Below, piece after piece: positions 19,589-29,084 of a DNA stretch of 48,288 nt. The notes below the pieces were generated by a model that made no database searches, had not been told where the DNA came from, and saw only the letters and a list, made by a program, of their open reading frames with translations. How positions within the stretch are numbered: position 1 is the first letter of the stretch; every line of letters begins with the position of its first letter. The DNA comes from Capsulimonadales bacterium (lineage in GTDB: Bacteria; Armatimonadota; Armatimonadia; Armatimonadales; Armatimonadaceae), in assembly GCA_033762295.1 (NCBI GenBank), contig JANRLW010000103.1:1-48288 (forward strand), in the 5' to 3' direction. The position numbers and the translations under genes are program-made.

Positions 19589-19993
19589 CTATCCGCGTTC
19601 CTTCTGCTTCTCAATGTAGGCTTGGATAACTTCCGCCGATACGTGTCCAGCACTGCCGACGTAATAGCTTCTACTCCAAAGAGACGGGAGACGGGTTTTG
19701 AGGGACGGGAACTCCTCCCGAAGAACTCGCGATGTGAAACCTTTGAACTGGTTGGCGTAGAACTGCGGGGCGTTTGTCGGGGGAACCGCAACGAACAGGT
19801 GAACGTGGTCGGGCATGACTTCAAGCCCTTCGATTTTGACGCCCAGTTCCTCTGCCTTCTGGTAGAGCAGTTCTTTCAGGCGCGTTTCAATATCGCCCGT
19901 AAGTATTTTTCGGCGATACTTCGGGCACCAAACCATGTGCAGATGCAGGTTGAAAACCGCTCCTGCTGTTCTCCGATAACGCGCTTGTGCCAT
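19589..19993 (-). CDS. tnpA: IS200/IS605 HUH (Y1) transposase TnpA
   Basis: LHMVWCPKYRRKIL, HUH motif DHVHLF, LWSRSYYVGSAG, catalytic YIEKQ. Confidence 0.96.
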   Translation of the reverse strand: MAQARYRRTAGAVFNLHLHMVWCPKYRRKILTGDIETRLKELLYQKAEELGVKIEGLEVMPDHVHLFVAVPPTNAPQFYANQFKGFTSRVLREEFPSLKTRLPSLWSRSYYVGSAGHVSAEVIQAYIEKQKERG

Positions 19994-19999
19994 GCGGTT

Positions 20000-20028
20000 A
20001 TTAGACCGCTTTGTTCGTTTGTTGTCAA
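20000..20028 (-). promoter_or_regulatory. Putative sigma70 promoter of tnpA (leaderless-type)
   Basis: Minus strand TTGACA-N17-TCTAAT-N6-ATG. Confidence 0.55.
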
Positions 20029-20155
20029 CTATCTAACGCAGAAAGGAGGGGGGACGGGGTAACGGCGGCTGATACCGCCTTCGGTCGTTCTCGGAAGAAC
20101 GACGAGACAATTCCCCGTGTCGCCTTCAGGCGACAGTCCCCTTGTCTTAATTTTT

Positions 20156-20956
20156 ATGGAACTGACGGGCAAAGTGGCTCTCGTTACCGGGAGCGGACGG
20201 GGTTTGGGATTTGCGATCGCGCAGTCGCTCGCACGGCAGGGAGCGGCCGTCGCGCTCCACGATGTCCGTGAGGACGCACCTGCCGAGTTTGGCGAGTTTC
20301 CGTCGCTTTCCGCTTCCGCCGATGCGATCCGAACCTTCGGAACACCGGTCACTTACGTCGTTGGCGACGTCGCCGACGAAGGGACCGTCGCCCGAATCAC
20401 GGCTGCCGTTGCATCCGAACTCGGGCCGATCTCCATTCTCGTCAACTGCGCGGGCGGTGACATCGCGCTTCGAGGCGGCAAACCAAAACCGAACAACGCT
20501 CTGGGCGTTCCTCTCGAGGACGTTCAGGCCATTCTGAACCGGAACCTCCTGTCCGTGATGCTGGTTTCGCGGGCGGTCTGCCCCGGAATGATCGAACGAA
20601 AGACAGGCAGCGTTGTCAATATCGCTTCGACCGCCGCGCACCTGGGAGTCGCCGACGGAGTCGCCTATGCGGTCGCCAAGGCGGGGGTCGTCGAATTCAC
20701 CCGCTGTCTCGCCGTCGAACTGCGGCCCCACGGGGTCCGTGTCAACGCCGTCAGTCCCGGACCCACCCGAACCGCGCGCTTCCTGAATACCCGCCCGATC
20801 CAATCCGCGCAGATGAGCGAAGGGCCGACTCTGGAGCGATATGGCATCCCCTCCGAAATCGGGGACGTCGTCGCCTTTCTTGCCGGCGACGGGGCGCGAT
20901 TTGTCAGCGGTCAGGTTTTACGGGTCGACGGCGGGGGCGGAACCTTCCCTGCCTGA
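20156..20956 (+). CDS. SDR family oxidoreductase (separated from its ribosome-binding site by the IS)
   Basis: [34 protein letters not shown]. The ATG abuts the IS left end. Confidence 0.9.
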   Translation: MELTGKVALVTGSGRGLGFAIAQSLARQGAAVALHDVREDAPAEFGEFPSLSASADAIRTFGTPVTYVVGDVADEGTVARITAAVASELGPISILVNCAGGDIALRGGKPKPNNALGVPLEDVQAILNRNLLSVMLVSRAVCPGMIERKTGSVVNIASTAAHLGVADGVAYAVAKAGVVEFTRCLAVELRPHGVRVNAVSPGPTRTARFLNTRPIQSAQMSEGPTLERYGIPSEIGDVVAFLAGDGARFVSGQVLRVDGGGGTFPA

Positions 20957-21001
20957 CCCGTCTCCGACCTTTCGGGTATACTGCACCGGAAGGTTGCCTA
21001 C

Positions 21002-22120
21002 ATGAAAGTCCTGCACATTCACGCCGAAACGCTTTATGGCGGCGTGGAAACGTTTCTCCTGACCCTCGCGCGCGAACGTCACCTCTGCCCCGAAATGGAA
21101 CCGATGTTTGCGCTCTGTTACGATCAGCGATTGACGGGCGAACTCCGCGAAGCCGGGTCCCCGGTGACCCTCCTCGGGGAACCCCGCCTGAGCCGACCGC
21201 TGTCGGTGCTTCTCGCGAACAGACTCCTCGGCAAATGGATCGACGAACATTCGCCGGACGTGATCGTCAGCCACATGCCGAAACCGTACTCCCTCTTTGC
21301 CGGTCTGATCCGGCGACGCCGGATACCGCATGTCCTTTACCTGCACATGCCCCTTTCCAAAACCGTATTCGAGACGCTCGCCGCAAAGACGCCGGTGGCC
21401 GACCTGATGGTCGGTGTCAGCGCGCACACCGCGCAAACCGGGCGGGAATTCGTCTTTCCCCAGGCCAAAACCACGGTCATCCATTGCCTGATGCCCTGGC
21501 CGGTCTCGCGCTACGCCGGAAACGCGGAGCAACGCCAGGAGGTCCGCCGCGAATTCGAGACCGCCGAGGAGGACGTCGTTCTGATTCAGGCGTCCCGGCT
21601 GGCGGCATGGAAGGGCCACGTCCGGTTGTTGGACGCACTGGGTCATCTGAAGGACGTTCCCGGATGGGTTTTCTGGGCGGTGGGCGGGCCCCAGACCGAC
21701 GAGGAGGTCTCCTACTTCGAAGGACTGAAAGCCCAGGCGGACCGACTGGGCATCCGGGATCGCATCCGGTTTGCCGGTCAGCGCAAGGATGTTCCGCGCC
21801 TGCTTCCGGCCGCCGATATCTATTGCCAGGCCAACACCGCCTCGGAAGGTTTCAGCATGAGTTTTATCGAGGCGTTCTCGGCCGGTCTCCCGGTCGTCAC
21901 CACCGACATCGGGTCGGCACGGGAAGCGGTCAGCGAGGATGTCGGATTTACCACCCCGGTCGGGGATGCTCCGGCGTTCGCCGCCGCCCTGAAAACCCTG
22001 ATTACCGATCCGGAACGCCGGGAAAAGATGGGCGATGCGGCAAGAAAGCGGGTCGTCGCCCTGTGCGACACTGCGCAACAGATCCGCCGCCTGCACGACG
22101 AATGCCGGCAACTGCTCTGA
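21002..22120 (+). CDS. Glycosyltransferase family 4
   Basis: YGGVE, RLAAWKGH, EGFSMSFIEAFSAGLPVVTTDIG. Confidence 0.9.
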   Translation: MKVLHIHAETLYGGVETFLLTLARERHLCPEMEPMFALCYDQRLTGELREAGSPVTLLGEPRLSRPLSVLLANRLLGKWIDEHSPDVIVSHMPKPYSLFAGLIRRRRIPHVLYLHMPLSKTVFETLAAKTPVADLMVGVSAHTAQTGREFVFPQAKTTVIHCLMPWPVSRYAGNAEQRQEVRREFETAEEDVVLIQASRLAAWKGHVRLLDALGHLKDVPGWVFWAVGGPQTDEEVSYFEGLKAQADRLGIRDRIRFAGQRKDVPRLLPAADIYCQANTASEGFSMSFIEAFSAGLPVVTTDIGSAREAVSEDVGFTTPVGDAPAFAAALKTLITDPERREKMGDAARKRVVALCDTAQQIRRLHDECRQLL

Positions 22121-22141
22121 GGACCGTCCGTTGATCGTCCG

Positions 22142-23239
22142 TCAGGGGATCAGGAGTACCTTCAAACTGTCCTTGCCGGTCCGAACCAGGTCGATCCCCT
22201 CCTCGAACCGTTCCAGCGGCAGCCGGTGGGTGATAAAGACGTTCCCATCCACCGCGCCGGTTTCGAGCGAGCGAATCACGCTCGGATAGCAGTAGGGGCC
22301 GAGATGCGACCCCATCAGGTTCAATTCCTTGGTGTCGCCGATAATCGTCCAATCGGTCGTCACCGGCTCGCGCATCACGGAGAACTCGACAAACGTTCCG
22401 GCCTTACGAATGGCAAGAAGCCCCTGCTCGACGCTCGCCGGATGGCCCGTCGCCTCGATATAAACATCGCATCCGTACCCGTCCGTCCAATCGAGTATCG
22501 CCTGAACGACGTTCTCGCGGGTCGGATTGAGCGTTTGGGTGGCGCCCAGGCTCCGCGCCCGTTCCAGCCGGGATTCGGCCAGGTCGATGGCGATCAATTC
22601 CCCCGGCGACTTCATCCGCGCATAGGCGACCATTCCCAGACCGAGCGTCCCGCAGCCGGCGATCACCACCGTGTCTCCGAACTCGATATTTCCCCGTTGA
22701 ACCGCGTGCATCGAACAGGCCAGCGGCTCGATCAACGCGGCATGGTCCGCCGGAATACTCGCCGGTACCCGATGGTTCAGCGAGCCTGCCGGAAATTTCA
22801 TATAGTCGGCGAACCCGCCCGGCGTCCGCTGCCGGAACCCGTAGATATCGTGAGGACGGCACAGGTGGTACTGTCCGCGCTGACAGTAGCGGCACTCCCA
22901 GCAGGGAACGATCTGCTCCGATATCGCGCGGTCACCAAGGGCGAGACCGAACTTTTCGCCCGCCCCTTCGCCCAGGGCCACCACCGTCCCGATAAACTCA
23001 TGACCGGCGATGATAGGCGGTTGGCAGTAGCCGACCCGATTCGCATCGCCCCAGAACAAAGGCGCGCCGGTGTAGCACTTGACATCCGAAGCGCAGATCC
23101 CCGCCGCGTCCACACGGACCACGACCTCCCCCGGTCCGGCCACCGGCGTCGGCACCTCCTCGAGGCGGTAGTCCTCCGGCCCATGACAGACTACCGCCCG
23201 CATCGTCTTCGGCAGGCTTTCCTGACTTGCTGTTGCCAT
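22142..23239 (-). CDS. Zn-dependent polyol dehydrogenase (erythritol/L-threitol dehydrogenase-like MDR)
   Basis: GICASDVKC, GHEFIG, CWECRYC, IEPLACSMHAV, GCGTLGLG, DWTIIGDTKEL, GSHLGPYCY. Confidence 0.85.
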   Translation of the reverse strand: MATASQESLPKTMRAVVCHGPEDYRLEEVPTPVAGPGEVVVRVDAAGICASDVKCYTGAPLFWGDANRVGYCQPPIIAGHEFIGTVVALGEGAGEKFGLALGDRAISEQIVPCWECRYCQRGQYHLCRPHDIYGFRQRTPGGFADYMKFPAGSLNHRVPASIPADHAALIEPLACSMHAVQRGNIEFGDTVVIAGCGTLGLGMVAYARMKSPGELIAIDLAESRLERARSLGATQTLNPTRENVVQAILDWTDGYGCDVYIEATGHPASVEQGLLAIRKAGTFVEFSVMREPVTTDWTIIGDTKELNLMGSHLGPYCYPSVIRSLETGAVDGNVFITHRLPLERFEEGIDLVRTGKDSLKVLLIP

Positions 23240-23286
23240 CCTCGCTCCTTCGCTCGACGACCCGATTGTCCTCCACCGGGCAGGCT

Positions 23287-24090
23287 CTACCGTCCCGGTT
23301 CGTCCGCCTTCTGCCCTACCGCGTCCAGAGTCTGCGGGGCGACGCCGAGGGCCAGTAACAACTGCCGCGCCATCAGCCGATTCCCGACCGCATTCATATG
23401 GACGCCGTCGGTGGTCAGCAGGTTATCGATCCCGCCGGTCTCCTCCCGATAAACGCGGATCAACCGACGGAAGGAATTGTAGAGGTCTACAAAAGGACAC
23501 TTATGCCGGACCGCCAGATCCTTCAGTATCGCGTTATACTCGGCCAGTCGGGTGTTTTCCGGCGACGACAGGTCTTCATAGATCGGGGTTGCCGCCAGCA
23601 AAACCACCCGCACCCCGTCCTCCGCCGCCAGTTTCATCATGCTTTCGACATTTCGGCGGAAGGCGTCGGGTGGGACGCCGTTCGGCAGGTTCCCCTCCGG
23701 GTAGTTGCGGTTGCGGGCAAAATCGCGAAACGCATGCCAGACATCGTTCACCCCGACGCTGATGGTCACCAGGTCCGGTTTGCGATCCAGCACATCGCGG
23801 CGGAAACGCGCCAGCATATCATTCGACTTATGGCCGGAGATACCCGCATTGAGTACCTCGATCGGCTGCTCGGGAAACGCGGCTGCCAGGGTTCGCCGCA
23901 CCCGGCGAACGTACCCCCCCGGATTCTCGCCCTGCTGGGTGATCGAGTCGCCCAGGCAGACGATCCGGCGGACGTTGCGCAGGGTCAGCGGGACCGGCGT
24001 CGGCGGTTGGGCTTCGGCGGACAGAGTACCCGCCCACGCGACGACGATTCCGAGCAGCCATTTTGCGGCCTGTAGAAAAGAACGACGCAC
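23287..24090 (-). CDS. Secreted SGNH/GDSL hydrolase
   Basis: Signal peptide; LGDSIT, NAGISG, GVND, DGVH. Confidence 0.9.
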   Translation of the reverse strand: MRRSFLQAAKWLLGIVVAWAGTLSAEAQPPTPVPLTLRNVRRIVCLGDSITQQGENPGGYVRRVRRTLAAAFPEQPIEVLNAGISGHKSNDMLARFRRDVLDRKPDLVTISVGVNDVWHAFRDFARNRNYPEGNLPNGVPPDAFRRNVESMMKLAAEDGVRVVLLAATPIYEDLSSPENTRLAEYNAILKDLAVRHKCPFVDLYNSFRRLIRVYREETGGIDNLLTTDGVHMNAVGNRLMARQLLLALGVAPQTLDAVGQKADEPGR

Positions 24091-24126
24091 TTCTCTCGTG
24101 CCCTTTCGGTCCCTGCCGGTCGTCGT

Positions 24127-24537
24127 TCAGAGTTCGTAACGGAACTCGATCGGCGCATCGATCTCCGGGTGGAGGGATGCGTGCACGGGACAGGTATGCG
24201 CTACCTTTTCCAGACGTTCACGAAATTCCTCCCGCACGGAGGCGGACAGGGTGACGACCACCGGCAGACGCGCGATGCGCCGGGGCGCGGTCACGGACAT
24301 CTCCTTAACGACCTTCGCCTGTGCGCCGGTCAGATCGATCTCATGTCGTTCGGCATACATCGCCATCGTCGTCAGGATGCACGATGCCAGCCCGGAAGCG
24401 ACCAGATCGGTCGGCGAGAACGCCGAAGCGTCACCGCCGATATCTCGTGGCGCATCGGTCATCAGAGTTGCGCCCTCCGGATGCGTCAGATGACACTTCT
24501 TGTTGCCGGAATATACGACGTCGATTTCGACTCCCAT
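24127..24537 (-). CDS. OsmC family protein
   Basis: TDAPRDIGG..SAFSPTDL...LASC and CPVHASLHP; GGGAGG ribosome-binding site. Confidence 0.9.
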   Translation of the reverse strand: MGVEIDVVYSGNKKCHLTHPEGATLMTDAPRDIGGDASAFSPTDLVASGLASCILTTMAMYAERHEIDLTGAQAKVVKEMSVTAPRRIARLPVVVTLSASVREEFRERLEKVAHTCPVHASLHPEIDAPIEFRYEL

Positions 24538-24646
24538 ACGATCCTCCCGCGACCGGAAACGTCCGGCCGCACCGCCATATCCTGATTGCCGTCGCTATTT
24601 TACCTCGGACCGGACGGTCCGAGGTGTACCGGATCGCGGACGGGGT

Positions 24647-25378
24647 TTACCAGGGCAACACTTCCTCACGGAAGAAAAACCCGCCGCTCGGCCCGTCGTC
24701 CGGCAGCGTCGCCAGTAAAACCGAGGTTTTCGCGCCGTCCGTCAGTTCCATCGTTGCCCCTTCGCCTCCCATATCGGTCTTGACCCACCCGGGATGCGCC
24801 GCATTGACCTTGATTTGCGTCCCGGCCAGTTCCTTCGCAAGATGGATCGTATACATATTCACCGCCGCCTTGGACGCCGAGTAGGCGGTCCCGAATCCCG
24901 ACGCCGCGCCGGTCGGCGAATCAGGGTCCGCCGCGTAGGCCAGCGATCCGAGAATCGAGGTCAGGTGAACGATCCGACCGGCCGGGGATTTCCGCAGAAG
25001 CGGGAGAAACGCCTGGGTGACATGCACCAGACCGAGGACGTTCACCTCGAACGTGTGTCGCCAGATGCCCGGGTCCTCCTCCGAAGTCGCGGTCCCGAAA
25101 ATACCGACGCCGGCATTGTTGATCAGTATATCGAGCCGTCCGTACTCGGATTCGATAACGCGCACCGCCGGGCCGATCATTTGCGGGTCGGCGACGTCCA
25201 TGCGCACGAACCGAACCGGCAATCCCTGCGCGATCAGGCGCTCCGCCGCTTCCGCGCCGCGTTCGGCGTCTCGGGCCGTCATCACCACGGTAATTCCGAT
25301 GGTTGCCAGTTGCCGGGCCGTCTCCAGACCGATCCCCTTGTTAGCTCCGGTCACGAGAGCGATTCTATTTTCCGCCAT
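24647..25378 (-). CDS. SDR family oxidoreductase (carbonyl reductase-like)
   Basis: IALVTGANKGIG, LINNAG, YSASK, HPGWVKTDMGG. Confidence 0.92.
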   Translation of the reverse strand: MAENRIALVTGANKGIGLETARQLATIGITVVMTARDAERGAEAAERLIAQGLPVRFVRMDVADPQMIGPAVRVIESEYGRLDILINNAGVGIFGTATSEEDPGIWRHTFEVNVLGLVHVTQAFLPLLRKSPAGRIVHLTSILGSLAYAADPDSPTGAASGFGTAYSASKAAVNMYTIHLAKELAGTQIKVNAAHPGWVKTDMGGEGATMELTDGAKTSVLLATLPDDGPSGGFFFREEVLPW

Positions 25379-25515
25379 AGGTTTTCCCACTTTCCCTGTC
25401 GCAGTTTGCTGCTGATGCAAACGATACACCGGACGCTGCGCAAACGCTCCCGAAAAACGCCGGACGCCGGAGCCATTCCGGTTACCGGAGTGCCATCGGA
25501 GTCTTCCGTTGGAAC

Positions 25516-25537
25516 TTTACAGGTCATATCCTGTAAA
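25516..25537. promoter_or_regulatory. Perfect inverted repeat, candidate operator
   Basis: TTTACAGG-TCATAT-CCTGTAAA in the divergent intergenic region. Confidence 0.5.
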
Positions 25538-25570
25538 TATTAGGGGGTATCCCATGAGGAGTGCACAAAA

Positions 25571-25933
25571 GTGAGAATTCAAAACGGCATTCTGGTGCAT
25601 CTGGGTTTCGGCAAGTACGTTCGTTCGGATCAGGTAACCGCCGTTATCCCGATCGAGGAGGACCGGGGACCGGGACGACGGACCTTCGTTTACCTGGAAG
25701 GAAAAACCGATCCGCTCGTCGCCTCGCGGGCGGAGGACACGATCATTCGTGACCTGGTTCAGGAACCGCGGGAGGTCACACAGTCGCGGCAACAGCAGGA
25801 AATCCTACGCGACTTGTTGACCGACCTCAGCGCGGTCAACCAGACGGTACGACGGATCACACGGGACGAGGGCGGATTGGATCTTGACCTTCTGGAACGC
25901 CGCATACGCGAGGTGACGGGTCAGGAGGACTGA
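25571..25933 (+). CDS. Hypothetical protein, weakly RemA/DUF370-like N-terminus
   Basis: GAGGAG then GTG start. LVHLGFGKYVRSDQVTAV resembles the RemA N-terminal motif; helical C-terminus; followed by a terminator. Confidence 0.65.
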   Translation: MRIQNGILVHLGFGKYVRSDQVTAVIPIEEDRGPGRRTFVYLEGKTDPLVASRAEDTIIRDLVQEPREVTQSRQQQEILRDLLTDLSAVNQTVRRITRDEGGLDLDLLERRIREVTGQED

Positions 25934-25938
25934 TCTTT

Positions 25939-25972
25939 CCCCGATGGGTCGGCCCATCGGGGTTTCTTTTTT
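25939..25972 (+). terminator. Rho-independent terminator
   Basis: CCCCGATGGG-TCGG-CCCATCGGGG followed by TTTCTTTTTT. Confidence 0.8.
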
Positions 25973-25999
25973 GCGGACCGCCGCCCGATCCCGCTACGC

Positions 26000-27865
26000 C
26001 TATTCCTGTTCGCGGAGCCAGACGATCATCTGACCGGGGTCGCGGTTGGCCCAGGCGTAATAAGGCACCAGAGTCAACGGGCGCATGGCATGGCTCGGTT
26101 CGAAAAAGCGGGAACCGTACAGTCGCATCGTCACCGGCGACTGAATCAGAGTGCTTCCGCGCAGAGCGACCACACCGGGCAGGTCCCACACGGTCGTTTT
26201 CTCGAAGTCCGCGGGGTCCGCCACATAGGCATCCTGCAGATTCGGGATCTCCCCGTTGTCCGTCTTTTCGGCGCAGTACAGCAGCGGACCGACGAATACG
26301 GCGACACGCGCCGTGTTCTCGGAAACGTACGGATGCGAGCGAAGGAACCTCGGTTCGAACGGCAGTTCCAGACGGATGACATCCCCGGTTTTCCAATCGC
26401 GGCGAAGCCGCGCGTACGTTCCCGGCGTCGCGTCCGCATCCTCCCCGTTCACGGAGAGACGCGCCCCGCCAGCCCACTCCGGCACCCGCAGACAAACCCC
26501 GAAATCGCCGTCCGCTCCGACCGTGATCTCGACCTCGCCGTCGAACGGGTACTCCGTCGTCACGGTCATCGGGATGGTCCGTCCGTCCGGAAGCGCGATC
26601 TGCGCCGAGCCACGGGCGTAGAGATGCACGAAAATATCCCCCGCATCATCGACCGAATAAAAGTACCCGGTCAACTGCGCCAGAAGCCGGGCGACGTTCG
26701 GCGGACAACAGGCGCAGCCGAACCAGGGTTGACGGCGATGCGCTCCGTCGTTCTCCAGCGGATTCTGGTAGAAGTAGTGCTGACCGTCGAGCGACAGGCC
26801 CGGCAGTACGGCATTGAAGAGCGTATGCTCGATCAGGTCGGAATACCGGGCGTCGCCGGTCGCGAGCAGCAAACGCCAGTTCCACATCACCGATCCGATC
26901 GCGGCGCAGGTTTCGGAATAGGCCCGATCGTTCGGCAGTTCGTAGTCCTTCCCGAACGCCTCTCCCTCATACCGTGCGCCCAGTCCGCCCGAAACGTAAC
27001 TGCGCCGCTCGGTCATATTGTCCCACTGCCGCATCATCGCGTCCCACAGCGCCTGTTCCCCGGTTTCGAGATAGACGTCTGCCGCCCCCGCCGCCAGGTA
27101 CATCATGCGAACCGCATGCCCGGTCACTTCCGAAAGCTGCCGATACGGAACATGGTCCTGATGATAGCGCCGGTCGCCGCCGCGCCCCTGCAGGACGGCG
27201 CTCGGTTCCTGACCACGGGCGTCGATCATGCGCTTCGCCAGAGCGAGGTAACGCGTCTCCCCGGTTGCGCGATAGAGTTCGACCAGTGCGAGTTCCGCTT
27301 CCTCATGCCCGCAAGCGCCCGGTTCTCCCTCCGGTCCGTACTTCGCGTCCATATGGTCGGCAAGACGACGGGCAACGTTCAACAGGCGATCATCCCCGCC
27401 GGACCGGTAATGAGCGACCGCCGATTGAATAAAATGCCCGGCGCAGTACATCTCATGCATATCGCGCAGATTGGTCCAGCGATCTTTCTCACGTTCAAAC
27501 ATGAAGTAGGTATTCAGATAGCCATCCGCCTGCTGCGCATCCTGAATCTCGACGATTGCGGTCTCGATCATCGGCTGCAACGCCGGGTCCTCCCTGCCCT
27601 CGACGACCGCTCCTTCCAGCCACTTGTAGACGTCGGAGTCGTTGAAGTAGATGCCGACAAAGTCGATGCCGGTCTTCTTCCCGGAGGCGCGTCGGAAGTT
27701 ATCCAGTCGGGAGGTGTCTTCGATATGCCGGAACTGTGTCGGCAGCGTCACGCGGCGGTTGATTTCGCGGCGCGGTTCCCAGAAAGCGTCGGTCAGGGTC
27801 ACGGCCTCGGTCGGCACCGGGCGCAGACGGGCAAACGGACTGCCGGTCGAATCGACAACGTTCAT
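26000..27865 (-). CDS. Glycoside hydrolase family 127 (beta-L-arabinofuranosidase-like)
   Basis: DSDVYKWLE, HEMYCAGH, GHAVR, SETCAAIG, WFGCACCPPN, VPYYAWANR. Confidence 0.93.
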   Translation of the reverse strand: MNVVDSTGSPFARLRPVPTEAVTLTDAFWEPRREINRRVTLPTQFRHIEDTSRLDNFRRASGKKTGIDFVGIYFNDSDVYKWLEGAVVEGREDPALQPMIETAIVEIQDAQQADGYLNTYFMFEREKDRWTNLRDMHEMYCAGHFIQSAVAHYRSGGDDRLLNVARRLADHMDAKYGPEGEPGACGHEEAELALVELYRATGETRYLALAKRMIDARGQEPSAVLQGRGGDRRYHQDHVPYRQLSEVTGHAVRMMYLAAGAADVYLETGEQALWDAMMRQWDNMTERRSYVSGGLGARYEGEAFGKDYELPNDRAYSETCAAIGSVMWNWRLLLATGDARYSDLIEHTLFNAVLPGLSLDGQHYFYQNPLENDGAHRRQPWFGCACCPPNVARLLAQLTGYFYSVDDAGDIFVHLYARGSAQIALPDGRTIPMTVTTEYPFDGEVEITVGADGDFGVCLRVPEWAGGARLSVNGEDADATPGTYARLRRDWKTGDVIRLELPFEPRFLRSHPYVSENTARVAVFVGPLLYCAEKTDNGEIPNLQDAYVADPADFEKTTVWDLPGVVALRGSTLIQSPVTMRLYGSRFFEPSHAMRPLTLVPYYAWANRDPGQMIVWLREQE

Positions 27866-28046
27866 ATAATCCCTCGAAGAAACGGCGTGCTTCCGCGATC
27901 ACGAAACGACGCCATTGTGCGGTGACCGGAAACACGCCTCGGCGAAAGAAGGCCCGTCGTCGTGCACGGCCCCCGGTGTCAGGGTATTCTACCCTCAAGA
28001 TCGCCCACCCTCGCCCCGACTTCCGACCGCGTAACAGGAGAACGAG

Positions 28047-28841
28047 ATGAACCGAGTTTCACCGCAAACACCGCTTTCCGCCGTGCTCGAACCGTTCGAA
28101 CGGGATGGTTACGTTCTGATGGAGAACGCTCTGACGCCGGCGCAGTTAACGGAGTTGAACGACGCCTATGATCGTCAACTGACGTTGCATCCACGACCTC
28201 CGAAAGCGACGCGGGTTGAAGTGCCACGGATACTGGAACAGGACCCGGCTTTCGAACCCCTGATGGACCTCCGACCGGTTTTTCGGGTGGCGAGGGCGAT
28301 TATCGGCGCGGACATCGAACTCGCGACGGGCGGAGAACTTGACCACAAGTTCGCGAAGACACCGGCCTACATCGGTTGGCACGGGGATTTTCAATGGATG
28401 GTGAATGTGCCGTTCCCCCGCCAGAATTACTTCGTTCGGTGCGTCTATTTCATGACGGATGTCGAACCGGACATGGGGCCGTTTACGCTCCTTCCGGGAA
28501 CGCATCGGGCGGACGGTCCCTGTCCCGGCTGGAAAGACGAGACGGGGCAACCTGCTTACCGGGAAGGACAGATCGGTATCACCGGACCGGCGGGTTCCTG
28601 CCTGATCTGCAATACCGAGATATGGCATACGAACTGTCCCAACACCGCCGACCGCGACCGGCGGTTGATCATGATCCTGTACAAGCACGCCTGGATGAAG
28701 CAGTGGCAGGAAGGGTATGAAACGACCCCGGAGTTTGCAGCCCGCCAGACCGATCCGCTTCGCCGGCAGTTGACGGGCGGGTACGTCTGGCACTACGACG
28801 AGCGCCATTTCCCGGCGGCGTCATACCCGCTGGAGGACTGA
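28047..28841 (+). CDS. Phytanoyl-CoA dioxygenase (PhyH) family 2OG-Fe(II) oxygenase
   Basis: FERDGYVL, WHGD (HxD), LLPGTH, GPAGS...IWH...R; AGGAG ribosome-binding site. Confidence 0.85.
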   Translation: MNRVSPQTPLSAVLEPFERDGYVLMENALTPAQLTELNDAYDRQLTLHPRPPKATRVEVPRILEQDPAFEPLMDLRPVFRVARAIIGADIELATGGELDHKFAKTPAYIGWHGDFQWMVNVPFPRQNYFVRCVYFMTDVEPDMGPFTLLPGTHRADGPCPGWKDETGQPAYREGQIGITGPAGSCLICNTEIWHTNCPNTADRDRRLIMILYKHAWMKQWQEGYETTPEFAARQTDPLRRQLTGGYVWHYDERHFPAASYPLED

Positions 28842-28847
28842 CAACGA

Positions 28848-28937
28848 AGAGGTCGGCGCGGTACGCCGACCCCTTCGGTCAATCGAAACTAAGTGGCTCA
28901 GTTGCAGGTGCCGGGGTTCACCGCGTAGTCCGGCACC
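28848..28937. repeat. 90-bp direct repeat, copy 1
   Basis: Identical to 33126..33215 when compared base by base. Confidence 0.97.
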
Positions 28938-29084
28938 ACTCATTTCAGGTCGGTTGGTGCGGTCTCGAATCCCACGGCGGCTGGAAATTCCGGGGCGTTC
29001 CCGAACGGTCTGTCCATCAGGTAATATTTTCCATACAGGCTGACTGCAGGAATTGGCCAACAACGAGGGGAGAAAAATAGTGGT

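Larger units (their letters stand above)
18418..20155 (-). mobile_element. Complete IS200/IS605-family element (tnpA + tnpB, co-oriented)
   Basis: Right end on the minus strand reads GAAG-CCCCCGACTTTAGGCGGGGG-AGTTG-TCAC and ends at 18418. Left end reads CCAT|AAAAATTAAGACAAG-GGGA-CTGTCGCCTGAAGGCGACA. No target duplication. Removing the element rebuilds AGGA-N8-ATG for the downstream SDR. Confidence 0.9.

Noticed and set aside
24602..24625. Perfect hairpin ACCTCGGACC-GGAC-GGTCCGAGGT, considered as a REP element
   Set aside because: I saw no second copy in the window. It is most simply a terminator or stabilising hairpin.
28961..28985. TCGAATCCC resembling a tRNA T-arm (possible att site)
   Set aside because: No GTTC, no T-stem pairing and no cloverleaf.
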